DNA from: an uncultured delta proteobacterium
Lineage (GTDB): Bacteria; Myxococcota; Myxococcia; Myxococcales; Anaeromyxobacteraceae
Assembly: GCA_963814585.1 (NCBI GenBank)
Contig: CAWFDF010000003.1
Span: 288,001-352,000 of the forward strand
Length of the DNA stretch: 64,000 nt
Reading direction: 5' to 3'
Of the stretch, positions 45,758 to 57,000 are shown one piece after another (within the stretch, counting starts at the first letter, position 1; each line of letters starts with the position of its first letter). The position numbers and the translations under genes were made by a program. The notes under the pieces are model-generated. The model searched no databases, was not told the DNA's origin, and worked only from the letters and a program-made list of their open reading frames with translations.

Positions 45758-45923
45758 GAAGCGACGCTTACCACCCGGACGGGGCGTCATCCAGTTTGCG
45801 GACTCGCTCCGGCCTCGACCGCCCGAGAGGCGCGGCGCCGCCCCGCAGCCGGTTCACCCGGAGCTGGTGGAGCCGGCGTACCGCCCGGAATGGACGGGGT
45901 GCCGCGGAGCGAGCCCGGGCCCG

Positions 45924-46412
45924 CTACTCCAGCTTGACGGTGGCGGCGACCCGCTCTCCGTCGAGCACCGCCACGGTGGTGAGCCCGTGGCGCGGCAGCG
46001 CCACCACCAGGCAGGGGCTGGTCATCACCTGGGCGCTCAGCGTGCCCGCCGGTGGCGAGGAGAAGATGACGCGGAGGCCGGCCGCCCCGTCCTTCACCTG
46101 CGCCCGGGTCGAGGCGAGCGCGACCCCGTACCCGGCGCTGGTGCGCCGGCCGCCGGCCACCAGCACCACCGCCTGGGTCCCCCAGTCCAGGGCCGGCAGG
46201 GCCGGCCCCGGGCCGAGCTCGGGCGAGAGCGCCGCGGCCACCTCCGAGGAGGTGACGAGCCGCCTCGCCGAGGGCCCCTCGCCAGGACCTCCGCACTGGA
46301 TGCCGACGCCGAGCGGCCGGACCTCGACCTCCCGCTCGCCCGAGCAGCCGTCCGGCCCCGCGCCGGCCAGCAGCACCCCGAGCAGCCCCAGGACCGCGCC
46401 GCGTCGGCTCAC
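45924..46412 (-). CDS. Protease complex subunit PrcB-like exported protein
   Basis: LDW..QAVVLVAGGRRTSAGYGV..AQVMTSPCLVVALP; GTGA overlap with the S8 gene stop. Confidence 0.75.
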   Translation of the reverse strand: MSRRGAVLGLLGVLLAGAGPDGCSGEREVEVRPLGVGIQCGGPGEGPSARRLVTSSEVAAALSPELGPGPALPALDWGTQAVVLVAGGRRTSAGYGVALASTRAQVKDGAAGLRVIFSSPPAGTLSAQVMTSPCLVVALPRHGLTTVAVLDGERVAATVKLE

Positions 46413-49015
46413 GGAGAGCCTCCGAACTGCTTCTGCGCCCGGTCGAACCGGCGATAGCCCTGCGCCGGCCTCGCCGGCCCAGGGACGGCCGACTGGATCC
46501 CGGCACCGGTGCCGAAGCCGACGGTGAAGTCGAGCCCGCTCACGCTGGCGTCCTTCACCACCACCGGCGTCGCCGTTCCCATGGTCGGCCAGGCGCCGCA
46601 GGCCTCGCCGTCGTCGCAGATGAAGCCGTCGTCGTTCTGGTCGGTCCCGGCCACCAGGTAGTAGGACCCGGCCGTCGCGCCGCTGAAGAGGAAGTCGTAG
46701 GCGCCGCTCGTGCCCCGCCCCTCCGCCTGGCCCTTGGTGGCGAAGGCGTCGTCGAGGACCAGGACGTAGAGGTAGCCGGCGTCGCCGGTGGCGGGCGCGT
46801 CGGCGCCGACCCACATCGCCACCTGGACCACCACCGACGTGCCGCCGGCCGCGAAGGTGATGCTGGTACGGTAGCTGCCGTTGGCGAGCCCGTCGCGGCT
46901 CACGGTGGCCGTGTAGGTGCCGAGCCCGCTGGCGTCGACCGAGGCCGGCGCCACGGTGAGCCAGGCCGCGCCGGCGGCGACGCCGCTCACCGAGAGCGCC
47001 CCGGTGCCGACCTTGGAGGCGGTCAGGACCAGCTGCGTCGAGGCGTTGCCGAAGTCGAGCGCCGACGGGTCGACCTTGAGGGCGGTCGCCACGGCCTCGC
47101 CGCACTGGGCCTGGGCGGCCTGGACCGCCTTGAAGGCGTTGATCAGCCCGTGTCCGAAGTCGTCGTCCTTCCCGGGCGCCCCGAGGTCGTCGGTGATGCT
47201 TCCCGCGGCGATGAGCGTGTCGAGCTGCGCCGCGGTGAGGGTCGGGCAGACCGCCATCATGAGCGCGACCACCCCGGCCACGTGGGGCGTGGCCATCGAG
47301 GTCCCGTCCTTGAACGACCAGCTGGGCGTGATGGCGTCCTGGTTGGCCACCGTCGAGAGGACACCGTCGACGTAGCCGTTGCCGTCCAGGTCCACCGAGT
47401 TGTCGCCGCCCGGCGCCGCCACGTCGACGGCGTTGTTGTGGTTGGAGTAGGGGGCCCTGGCCTTCTGCGAGTCGATGGCCGACACCGACACCACGCCGGC
47501 GTACGACGCCGGGTAGAAGAGCAGCGGGGAGTTGTTGTTGCCGGCCGCGGCGACGAGGATCGAGCCGGCGTTCCGCGCCGCCGTGTACTCGCCCTGCTCG
47601 GTCGCCGAGAAGCAGTCCTGGCAGCCGAGCGAGAGGTTGATGATGTCGGCCCTGGCCCGCACCGTGCCCGAGTCGTTGCTGAGGCCGGCCGCGTAGCGGA
47701 CCCCCTGGATGATGTCGTGGGAGGTGCCGCCGCCCTTGCCGAGGACGCGGACCGGGATGACCTTGGCGCCCCAGGCGACGCCGGCCACGCCCGAGGCGTC
47801 GTTGCTGCGGGCCGCGACGGTCCCGGCCACGTGGGTGCCATGGAAGGTGGAGGCGCTGGTGCCGTTGCTGTCGCCGGGATCGCTGGGATCCGGGTCGATC
47901 CCGTTGCCGTCGTTCGACATGGCGGTGCTGGAGACGAAGTCGTAGCCGGGGAGGAGCTGTCCGGCGAAGTCGGGGTGAGCCAGCATGACCCCGGTGTCGA
48001 CCACCGCGACCTCGACGGTCCCGCTCGACGGCGTGCCGGTGGTGATGTCCCAGGCCTGCGGGAGCTGGATGAGCGGGTAGTGCCACTGGAAGCCGTAGTG
48101 GGTGTCGTTCGGCACCATGGTCGGCTCGAAGATGAAGTTGAGATCGGCGCTGGCGACGTCGGCCCGGGCCCGCAGGGCGGTGACCAGGGCGAAGGTCTCA
48201 CGCCGGGCCTCGGCCTCCGGCGAGGGGTAGAGGTCGGGCCGCGGGGCCCCGGGCTTGGCGCCGGCGGCGACCAGCGCCCGGGCGCGGCCCGCCGCGTCCG
48301 GCGGCAGTCCGAGCAGGGCGGAGCGGCCCTGGACCGCGCCTCCGAGCGGGAGCAGGGCGAGGCTGGCCGCCTTGGCGGCCAGGGTGGCCGGGCCACCGGC
48401 GGCGGCCGCGGCGGTGATGGCGCTGTCCTTGAAGCGGACCAGCACCTCGCCCGGCACGAAGCGGGGGCCGAGGACGAACCCGCCGGGCGCGGCGTTGGGC
48501 GCCTGGCCGAGCACCAGCGTGTAGTTCGACGAGCCGGTGACCGCGTTGACCTCGATGATCACCTCCAGGCCACCGGCCCCGATGGAGATCTGCTCCGACT
48601 GCCCCGGGGGGTTGGTCGAGCAGGCCGCGTTGGCGAGGTTGGTGGCCTCGGCGACGCAGAGCTCCAGGTCGGCGGCGGGATCGGCGGGGACCAGCGTGAC
48701 CACCTGGCCGGCGCCGAGGCCGGCGTGGAAGTAGTCGAAGGGGTCAGCCGTCACCGACGCCCAGCCGCCGACGGTGGCGGCGCTGGGGAGCGCCTGGGCG
48801 GCGGCCGTGGTGTCGTTGTTCCCGGCGGAGGCGTTCGGATCGGCGGTGTCCAGGTCGGCGAACTGGCTCGACGCGGCCTGGGCCCGGCCGCCGATGGAGT
48901 AGGTCGGCGGGGGCGGGGGCGGGGGCGGCGTGGTGTCGCCGCCGCCACTACCGCCACCACAGGCCGAGAGACCGGCTACCAGCACCGCACCGAGCACCGC
49001 GGACCGACGAAGCAT
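46409..49015 (-). CDS. Subtilisin-like S8 serine peptidase, lipoprotein
   Basis: Lipobox LSAC; VAVVDTG, HGTHVAGT, AAAGN, GTSMATPHVAG; GGAGG RBS. Confidence 0.95.
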   Translation of the reverse strand: MLRRSAVLGAVLVAGLSACGGGSGGGDTTPPPPPPPPTYSIGGRAQAASSQFADLDTADPNASAGNNDTTAAAQALPSAATVGGWASVTADPFDYFHAGLGAGQVVTLVPADPAADLELCVAEATNLANAACSTNPPGQSEQISIGAGGLEVIIEVNAVTGSSNYTLVLGQAPNAAPGGFVLGPRFVPGEVLVRFKDSAITAAAAAGGPATLAAKAASLALLPLGGAVQGRSALLGLPPDAAGRARALVAAGAKPGAPRPDLYPSPEAEARRETFALVTALRARADVASADLNFIFEPTMVPNDTHYGFQWHYPLIQLPQAWDITTGTPSSGTVEVAVVDTGVMLAHPDFAGQLLPGYDFVSSTAMSNDGNGIDPDPSDPGDSNGTSASTFHGTHVAGTVAARSNDASGVAGVAWGAKVIPVRVLGKGGGTSHDIIQGVRYAAGLSNDSGTVRARADIINLSLGCQDCFSATEQGEYTAARNAGSILVAAAGNNNSPLLFYPASYAGVVSVSAIDSQKARAPYSNHNNAVDVAAPGGDNSVDLDGNGYVDGVLSTVANQDAITPSWSFKDGTSMATPHVAGVVALMMAVCPTLTAAQLDTLIAAGSITDDLGAPGKDDDFGHGLINAFKAVQAAQAQCGEAVATALKVDPSALDFGNASTQLVLTASKVGTGALSVSGVAAGAAWLTVAPASVDASGLGTYTATVSRDGLANGSYRTSITFAAGGTSVVVQVAMWVGADAPATGDAGYLYVLVLDDAFATKGQAEGRGTSGAYDFLFSGATAGSYYLVAGTDQNDDGFICDDGEACGAWPTMGTATPVVVKDASVSGLDFTVGFGTGAGIQSAVPGPARPAQGYRRFDRAQKQFGGSP

Positions 49016-49086
49016 GGATGGACCTCCCCTTGAGCCTGGTTGAAGTATCGACCCGGCAGGCCGGGAGATGTGACCGGCGCCGGGGC

Positions 49087-50448
49087 TCACGCGCACCGCA
49101 GGTGTTCCGCCAGCGCCAGGTCCCCGCCGCGCCTGAAGACCTCCAGCGCCTCGTCCGCCGGCGTCCGGCCGCTGTCGGCGCGGGCCCGGAGCGGGGCCAG
49201 GAACTTCCGCTCGTCCTCCCCCTGCTCCCCGCAGGCGTGCTGCCGGCACAGCCCCGCCTCGGCGGCGTCGAGCAGCGTCCCGGCCAGCTGCGCCAGGGTC
49301 CGGCCGTCCGGCGTCCGCGCCGAGAGGCCGTGCTGGCCGGCGGCCACCATGAGCGCCCGGCGCTCGCCCACCGTGAAGCGCTTGACGGCGTCCCAGGCCC
49401 AGTCGCGCGCCTGCTGGTCGTAGAGCAGCCCCTTCCAGAGGGCCAGCACCGCCCGTGTCATGCCGGCGTCGCAGGCGTCGGCGCCGCGCACCTCCACCAC
49501 CCCCTTCACCCGCACCTCGGGGAAGAGGGTCGAGAGGTGATCCTCCCAGTCGAGCAGGGTGGGGCGGTGGCCGTGGAGCCCCTCGGCCAGGAAGCGCCGG
49601 AAGCTGCCGCCCCCCGGCAGGTAGCGCCCCTCGCGGCGCAGGAAGATCATGGGGACGTCGAGCGCCCACTCCACGTAGCGACGGTAGGCGTCGTCGTCGA
49701 AGCCCGGCTCGAAGGCGAAGCCGAGCAGGCCGCTGCGAGCCGGATCGGTCTCCTCCCACACGGCGACCCGGTAGCTCTGCCACCCCGACTCCCGGCCGTC
49801 CACGATCGGCGAGTTGGCGCAGAGCGCGGTGACGGCCGGCTGCACCGCCAGCGCCACGCGCAGCTTCTCGGCCATGTCCCGCTCGCCGGAGAAGTCGAAG
49901 GAGGCCTGGGTCGAGGCGGTCATGGCCATCATGTCCTCGGCCAGGCGCCCCCGCGCCCTGAGGTAGGGGCGCATCACCGTGTACCGGTCCTTCGGCATCC
50001 ACGGCACCTGGCCGGGGCGGCCCCAGGGGCGATAGCCGGTGGCGAGCAGCGTGAGCCCGAGGGCGCCGGCCACCTCGCGGCACTTCACCAGGTGGCGGTC
50101 CAGCTCCGAGGCCACGGCGTGGACGTCGGCGAAGGGTCGCCCCGACAGCTCGATCTGTCCGCCCGGCTCGATGGAGACGGTCAGGCCGGTCCGCTGGGCG
50201 GCGATGATCCGCCCGTCCTCGAGGAACGGCTCGTAGCCGAAGCGCGTGAAGGCCAGCAGGGCCGCGCCGATGCCACGCGGGCCCTGGTACGGGACCGGCT
50301 CGAGCGTCCCGGCCAGGAGCGGGATCTTCTCGTGCTCCAGCCCGACCTTCCAGCCGGCCCGCGGGCGTTCGCGCTGGCGGAACCAGCCGGTGAGGTCGTC
50401 CACGCCACCGACGGGCGGGCTCTCCTTCACCTTGGCATCGAGCGACAC
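49087..50448 (-). CDS. gshA: Glutamate--cysteine ligase (GCS2 / plant-like type)
   Basis: VGLEHEK, SIEPGGQIELSG, WMPK.RY..M, ANSP, HLSTLFPEVR, EVRGAD; start uncertain. Confidence 0.9.
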   Translation of the reverse strand: MSLDAKVKESPPVGGVDDLTGWFRQRERPRAGWKVGLEHEKIPLLAGTLEPVPYQGPRGIGAALLAFTRFGYEPFLEDGRIIAAQRTGLTVSIEPGGQIELSGRPFADVHAVASELDRHLVKCREVAGALGLTLLATGYRPWGRPGQVPWMPKDRYTVMRPYLRARGRLAEDMMAMTASTQASFDFSGERDMAEKLRVALAVQPAVTALCANSPIVDGRESGWQSYRVAVWEETDPARSGLLGFAFEPGFDDDAYRRYVEWALDVPMIFLRREGRYLPGGGSFRRFLAEGLHGHRPTLLDWEDHLSTLFPEVRVKGVVEVRGADACDAGMTRAVLALWKGLLYDQQARDWAWDAVKRFTVGERRALMVAAGQHGLSARTPDGRTLAQLAGTLLDAAEAGLCRQHACGEQGEDERKFLAPLRARADSGRTPADEALEVFRRGGDLALAEHLRCA

Positions 50449-50692
50449 GCGGGGGCCGCCTTTCCGGAGCGGGGGACGGCCCGGGTGGACCGCCCGGGTG
50501 GTGGAACCTAACCCGACGCCCCACGTCGTCCAAGGCCCGGATGGCACTCACCGCTCCCTTCTGGGGAGTCCAGCCGCCCCCCGGGCATGCTTCGGGCGGT
50601 TCCCTTGTTTTCCCCCTGGGCTCCTCCTATCCTCGAATGTCACTCGGTTTTCCCTCCCCCCCCGCTCCACGCTCCCGGGAAAGCGAAACACA

Positions 50693-53600
50693 ATGAACCG
50701 CCCGTTCCGGCTCGTCGCCACCCTCGCGGTCGCCACCGTGCTCGCCCTCGGCGTCGCCGTCCGCTTCGTCCGCGCCGATGCGGCCCTGGCGACCGCCCCG
50801 GCCACGACGGCCGCCCCGCCGGCCCCACCGCCGGCCGCCGCGCCCCGCGCCGCCGACGAGCTGGCCTACGGCTCCAGCGCCGCGGCCCACGGCAAGGCGC
50901 CCGCCGGGAGCGAGGACTACCGGCTCGACCGGCTCCCCATCCTCGGCTTCGTCTTCAGCAAGGTGCACCAGGCCTACGTCGATCCCACCCGCATCGACCC
51001 CAAGGCCATGGTGGTGGCGGCGCTCGAGTCGGTCGAGCGGACGGTGGCCGAGGTCATGGTGAAGGGGGACGCCAAGAGCGATCGGCTCACCGTCACGGTC
51101 GGGAACGCCACCCGCGACTTCCAGATCAAGGACGTCGACACCATCTGGAACGCCCGCCTGCTGCTGGGCGAGGTGATGGGGTTCGTGCAGGAGAACCTGG
51201 TCGCCCACGCCGACCTCCGCGAGATCGAGTACGCCGCCGCGGCCGGGGTCCTCTCCACCCTCGACCCGCACTCGGTGGTGCTGGAGCCGAAGTTCTTCAA
51301 GGAGATGAAGCTGCAGACCCGCGGTGAGTTCGGCGGCCTCGGCTTCGTCATCGCCATGCGCGACGGCAACCTCACCGTGGTGCGGGTGCTCAAGAACACG
51401 CCGGCGCAGCGGGCCGGGGTCCGCTCCAAGGACGTCATCGCCCGCATCGGCGAGCAGTCGACCGTCAACATGGACCTGCAGGACGCGGTCGATCGGCTGC
51501 GGGGCAAGCCCAGCACCCCGGTCTCCATCACCGTGTCCCGGGCCTCCTGGCCGGAGCCGAGGCGGCTGAACCTGGTCCGGGAGACCATCAACGTCGAGAC
51601 CATCCCCCAGGCCAAGCTGCTCGACCAGGGCGTCGGCTACCTGCGCCTGGCCGGCTTCTCGCGCAACGGCACCCGCGACGTGCTCAAGGCGGTCCAGCAG
51701 CAGCGGGCCAAGGCCGGCGGCGCGCTCAAGGGGCTGATCCTCGACCTGCGCGGGAACCCCGGCGGCCTGCTCGACGAGGCCGTGGAGCTCTCCGACCTCT
51801 TCCTCTCCCAGGGCGTCATCGTCAAGACGGTGAGCGACGGCGCGCAGCGACAGCGCGAGGTGCGTGAGGCCACCAGCGACGCGAAGGACCTGATCGGCCT
51901 GCCCCTGGTGGTGCTGGTCAACGGCAGCTCGGCCTCGGCCAGCGAGATCGTGGCCGGCGCGCTCAAGAACAACGGCCGCGCCATCATCGTCGGGCGGCCC
52001 ACCTTCGGGAAGGGATCGGTCCAGACCCTCTTCGACTTCACCGAGCCGGGGCGCCCGAACGAGGATGCCGCCCTCAAGCTGACCATCGCCCAGTACCTCA
52101 CCCCGGGTGACGTGTCCATCCAGGAGGTGGGCATCCTCCCGGACGTGGCGCTGTTCCCGGGCCGCGCCCTCAAGGACCAGGTCAACGTCTTCGCGCCTCC
52201 GCGCGCCATGGGCGAGGCCGATCTCGACCGCCACCTCTCCAACCCCGGCGGCGCCAAGGCGGCCGAGCTGAAGAGGCGCCGCGCCGAGAAGTCGCCGCTC
52301 GAGCTCCGCTACCTGCTCGACGAGAAGGAGGACGCGGTGGCTCGGGCCATGAAGCGCGAGGCCGCCCGCGACGCCCACGGCGAGGACGCCGCCCTCTCCG
52401 CCGAGCAGCAGGAGGACGAGGAGATCGACGCCGATCCGGACCAGGTGAAGGAGGACTACCAGATCCGCTTCGCCCGCGAGCTGCTGGTCCGGGCGCCGTT
52501 CCCGGACCGGGCCCGGCAGCTCGAGGCCGCCGGCGGGCTGGTCGGCGAGCGTCGCGCCGAGGAGGAGAAGCGCCTGGAGGCGCGGTTCGCCCAGCTCGGC
52601 GTCGACTGGTCGGCGCCGCAGGGTGTGGCGCCCGGCTCGCCGCGCGCGGTGGTGACCGTGCTCCCGCCGGCCGGCCGCGCGCAGAAGGCCGGCGAGGCGG
52701 TCTCCTGGACCGTGACCGTGGAGAACCGCGGCGACGCCCCCTTCCGCCGGCTCCGCGCCTGGACCCTGGACGAGAAGAACTACTTCCTCGATCGGCGCGA
52801 GTTCGTCTTCGGCACCATCCGTCCTGGCGAGCGCCGCAGCTGGTCCGTGCCCCTCAAGCTGCCGCGCAGCTTCGACAGCCGGCGCGACGAGGTGACGATC
52901 CACTTCGAGGACGAGCAGGGCAAGGCCCCGGCCGACGTGCTCACCTCGCTCGACGTCGTCGAGGTGCCCCGTCCCCTCTTCGCCTACAGCGTGCAGGTCG
53001 ACGACCGGAAGGGCGGCAACGGCGACGGCCTCCCGGCGCGCGGCGAGAGCTTCACCGTCCGGCTCGACGTCCGCAACGTCGGCCCCGGCGCCAGCGGCGA
53101 CAAGACCTACGTGACCCTCAAGAACCTCGGCGACGAGAAGCTCTTCATCAAGAAGGGGCGCGAGGTGATCGGCGCCATCAGGCCGGGCGAGAGCCGGGCC
53201 GCCACCATGGAGATCGAGCTGAGGCCCGGGCCGGGGACCACGCTCCCCATCCGCGTGCAGGTGGTCGACGAGAAGAGCGGCGAGTACCTGTCCCAGAAGC
53301 TGGACCTGCCGGTCGCCCCCGGCTCGGAGAAGGTGACCGAGGAGGCCGGTGGGGTCCGCGTCGAGAAGGCCGAGGTGGTCATCCGCGGCGGCGCCAGCGC
53401 CACCGCCCCGGTGGTCGCCACGGCCAGGAAGGGCGCCGTCCTCCCGCTCACCGGCCAGGTGGCCGGCTTCCGGCGGGTGGAGTGGTCGAAGGGCCGGTTC
53501 GGCTTCCTGGCCAGCGCCGACGTGGCGCCGAGCCGGGCGCCCCGCTCCGGCGGCGCGCTGGAGGCCTGGCAGCACGAGCCGCCACGCATCACGCTCTCGC

Positions 53601-53965
53601 CGGACCCGGCCCGCGGCGCGCCGGTGGTCGAGGCCGAGACCTACCGGCTCACCGGCTCTGCGCTGTTGCCGCCGTCGGCCGACCCCGACGCCCGGCTCCG
53701 GGACGTCTACGTCTTCGTCAACGACGAGAAGGTCTTCTTCCGCGTGGTGCCCGACGCCGCCAACGGCGCAGCGACGGCCAAGGCCAACGGCCGGCTCGAC
53801 TTCACCGCCGACCTGCCGCTGAAGCCGGGGCAGAACCTGGTGACCGTCTTCGCCCGCGAGGACCAGGAGCTCCAGACGCGCCGATCGGTGGTGGTCTACC
53901 GCAAGGGTGGCGCCGACGTGGCCCAGGGGAACGACGCCCACAAGGCGGCCACCCGGACGCCATAG
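50693..53965 (+). CDS. Large S41 C-terminal processing peptidase with PDZ (myxobacterial MXAN_5808-like)
   Basis: LDPHS, GEFGGLG, LILDLRGNPGGLL, SASASEIVAGALK, TFGKGSVQ; extra C-terminal Ig/SH3-like domains. Confidence 0.92.
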   Translation: MNRPFRLVATLAVATVLALGVAVRFVRADAALATAPATTAAPPAPPPAAAPRAADELAYGSSAAAHGKAPAGSEDYRLDRLPILGFVFSKVHQAYVDPTRIDPKAMVVAALESVERTVAEVMVKGDAKSDRLTVTVGNATRDFQIKDVDTIWNARLLLGEVMGFVQENLVAHADLREIEYAAAAGVLSTLDPHSVVLEPKFFKEMKLQTRGEFGGLGFVIAMRDGNLTVVRVLKNTPAQRAGVRSKDVIARIGEQSTVNMDLQDAVDRLRGKPSTPVSITVSRASWPEPRRLNLVRETINVETIPQAKLLDQGVGYLRLAGFSRNGTRDVLKAVQQQRAKAGGALKGLILDLRGNPGGLLDEAVELSDLFLSQGVIVKTVSDGAQRQREVREATSDAKDLIGLPLVVLVNGSSASASEIVAGALKNNGRAIIVGRPTFGKGSVQTLFDFTEPGRPNEDAALKLTIAQYLTPGDVSIQEVGILPDVALFPGRALKDQVNVFAPPRAMGEADLDRHLSNPGGAKAAELKRRRAEKSPLELRYLLDEKEDAVARAMKREAARDAHGEDAALSAEQQEDEEIDADPDQVKEDYQIRFARELLVRAPFPDRARQLEAAGGLVGERRAEEEKRLEARFAQLGVDWSAPQGVAPGSPRAVVTVLPPAGRAQKAGEAVSWTVTVENRGDAPFRRLRAWTLDEKNYFLDRREFVFGTIRPGERRSWSVPLKLPRSFDSRRDEVTIHFEDEQGKAPADVLTSLDVVEVPRPLFAYSVQVDDRKGGNGDGLPARGESFTVRLDVRNVGPGASGDKTYVTLKNLGDEKLFIKKGREVIGAIRPGESRAATMEIELRPGPGTTLPIRVQVVDEKSGEYLSQKLDLPVAPGSEKVTEEAGGVRVEKAEVVIRGGASATAPVVATARKGAVLPLTGQVAGFRRVEWSKGRFGFLASADVAPSRAPRSGGALEAWQHEPPRITLSPDPARGAPVVEAETYRLTGSALLPPSADPDARLRDVYVFVNDEKVFFRVVPDAANGAATAKANGRLDFTADLPLKPGQNLVTVFAREDQELQTRRSVVVYRKGGADVAQGNDAHKAATRTP

Positions 53966-53993
53966 GGCCCCGATCCCGTCGCCGGGAGGCGAT

Positions 53994-54028
53994 AGCGCCC
54001 CCCGATCCACGATCGGGGGGCGCTTTTT
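53994..54028 (+). terminator. Rho-independent terminator
   Basis: AGCGCCCCCCGATC-cac-GATCGGGGGGCGCT, perfect 14-bp stem followed by a T run. Confidence 0.9.
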
Positions 54029-54065
54029 CGCGCCCCCGAGCGTTTCCCGCTAGGATTTCGGACGC

Positions 54066-57000
54066 ATGGCGGAGGTGGACCCCACCGCCTCGACGGCCTC
54101 ACCAGCCGCCGGGACCCGGACCGGAAACGGCTTCGAGCTCCGCCTCGAGCGAGGCGGTGCCCACGTCCGCCTCGGCGCGCCCACCGCCATCGCCGGCCTG
54201 CTGGTCGAGCACCTCGACCTCAAGGTGCCGGACATCGCCCTCCCCTTCGACGCCGGCGGCGGCCCCGCCCAGTTCCGCCACCGGCTCTGCGACCTCGACG
54301 CGCTCACCGTGCTGGCCGGCCAGCCAGCGGTGTCGGCGGCGGCGGCCCGGCTCGATCTCGGCGAGCTCGGGCTGGGCTCGCTGGAGGTGGCGCTCCGCGA
54401 CGGCTTCGCCGAGGTGGGCGGCCGGCTGGCCAGCGGCCCTGCCTTCACCATGCGGCTCGGCCTCCTGCCCGGCTTCGAGCGGGGCGTGACGGTGGTGCCC
54501 TACGCGCCCCGGCTCTACGGCCCCGCCAGCATCCCCGCCGCCGCCCTGCCCCACCTGGCGGCCCGGGCTCTCACCGCCCTCGGCTTCCCCGACGACCCGC
54601 TGCCGCTGCTGGTGCGCCGGCTGCTGGTGAGCCGGGGCTGGAAGGTCCCGCGTGAGGGCGGCGTCCGGCTGGCCGCCGCCACGGTGGCTCCCTCCGGCGT
54701 CCGGCTGGCCTGGGCACGCGAGACGCAGGGGCCACCCCCCGCCTCCACCGATCCGGACCTGCTGGCCGCGCTGGAGGGCTCCGGCGCCTTCGCCGAGGTC
54801 GAGGCGATGGCGGCCGCCGGAGACTGGACCGGGGCCCGCGAGGCCTGGCTGGCCTCGGCGGCGCCCACCACCCACGCCTTCGCCGCCGACCGGCTGCTCT
54901 CGCTCCTCTGCCTCGACGAGCGGTTCCACGACGAGGCCCTCGACCTGGCCGCCAGCTGGCTGCAGCGCCGCCCCGGCTTCGCGCCGGCGCTGGCCGCCGA
55001 CGCCTGGGTGCGGACGGCCCGTGGCGAGCACGGCCGGGCTGCGGCGGCGCTGGTGGCGCTGGCGGAGGGCTCGGCGGCCGCCGGCGAGCGGCTGGCCACG
55101 GTGATCGCCGCCGATGCGGTGCTGGCCCTGCCCGGCATCGACGGCGAGCTCACCGCGCGCGCCGTCGACGCGGCGCTGGCCGTGAAGCGGGACCACCTCC
55201 CGGCGCTGCGGGCGCTGCGGGCGCTGGCCAGGGAGCGCGGGGACAAGGGCGGCCAGATCCGGGCGGCCCGCCGCGTGCTGGCCTACGCGCCGACCGACCT
55301 GGAGAAGGCGCGAGCCCACGCCGAGCTGGGGGAGCTGCTGCTGGAGAGCGATCCGCCCGGGGCCAGGCTCCACCTCGACCGGGCCCTGCGGCTCGCCCCC
55401 GACGACGCCGACTCGCTCTCGGCGCTGGCCCGCGCCTGCGCCGCCGCCGGCGAGCACCTGCGCGTGATCGGCGCGCTCGACCGGCTCCGGGCGCTGCGGC
55501 TGCGGGCCGGCGACCTGTCCGGCGCGGTGGCGCTGGCGCTGGAGGCGGGGGTGACCTGGGACCAGCGGCTCGGCCACGTCGAGAACGCCCTGCTCCGCTA
55601 CCGCGAGGCGGCCGAGCTCGGCCCACGGGCCGCCGAGGCCCATCGCCTCGCGGCCTCCTGCGCCGCGCGGCTGGGACGCTGGACCGAGGCGGCCGACCAC
55701 CACGCCGCGGCCCTGGCGGTGCTCGACCGGACCGCACCCGACGCCGGCCCGCTGGCGGCCGCGCACCACCTCGCCCTGGCCGACGTGGCCGAGCGGCACC
55801 TCGACGACCTGGCCGGGGCCGCCACCCACCTCGAGGCGGCCCAGGCCACGGCGCCGCTCGACGCGGCCCAGCTGGCGCGGCTGGCGACGCTGCAGCGCCG
55901 GCTGGGCCGCCACGCCGAGCTGCTCCATGCGCTCGACCGGCTGGCGCCGCTCACCGGGGATCCCCTGGCCCGCGCCGCCCTGCTGGCGGAGGCCGGCGAC
56001 CTCGCCCACGGGCCGCTCCGCCGCCCCAATCTCGCCACGGCCCGCTACGCCGCCGCCCTCCAGCTCGACGCCGCCTGCCGGCCGGCCATCGAGGGGCTGG
56101 CGGCGCTGGCGCAGGCGCGTGGCGACGGCCCCGCCGAGCGTGACGTGCTGCTCAAGCTGCTGCCGCTGGCGCGTGACCGGGCCGAGGAGGCGTCGATCCA
56201 CGACCGCCTGGCCGCCGCCAGCGCCCGCGCCGGCGACCTCTCCGCCGCGGCCCGCGCCCTGGCCGCGGCCCGTCGGGCGGCGCCGTCGCGCGACCGGCTG
56301 GCCGCCGCCGCCGGGCTGGCGCGCCGGTCGGGCGATCTCCCGGGGCTGGCCGCGCTCCTCGCCGAGGTGGCGCAGGCCGCCGGCGCGGCCGGCGACCGGG
56401 CCGCGGCCGCCGCGGCGTGGCGCGAGCGGGCCGAGCTGCTGGCCGAGAGCGATCCGGCGCTCGCCCTCACCGCCCTCGACGAGGCCATGGCCATCCTCCC
56501 CGGCGATGCGGGGCTGGTGCACCTGGAGGCCACGCTGGCGGAGCGGACCGGCGACCACCACCGGGCGCTCGGCGCGCTCCGGACCCGCCTGGCCAGCGCG
56601 CCGCCCGACGCCGGGGCGCTCGAGCTTCGCGCCGCGCGGGCGGCCCTGGCGGCCGACGAGATCCCCTCGGCGCGGGCCCATGCCGAGCGGGCGCTGGCCT
56701 CCGGCGAGCGCGGCGCGAGCGACGTGCTGGTCGGCGCGCTGGAGCGGAGCGGCGACCCGGCCGCCCAGCTCGAGGCCCTCGCCCGGGCCGGCCGCCACCT
56801 CGAGGCCGCCGCCCTGGCGGAGCGGCTCGGTGACGTCCCCGCCGCCGTCCGCGCCCTGGAGCGGGCCGCGGAGGAGAGGTCGTCCGCCGGCGAGGCGCTG
56901 CGCCAGCTCCTCCGGCTGCACGCCGCCGCGGGCGATGCCCGGGCCGCCGCCGCGGTGCTGCTCACCGCCGCGCGCCGCACCGGCGAGCGCGAGGGTGCGG

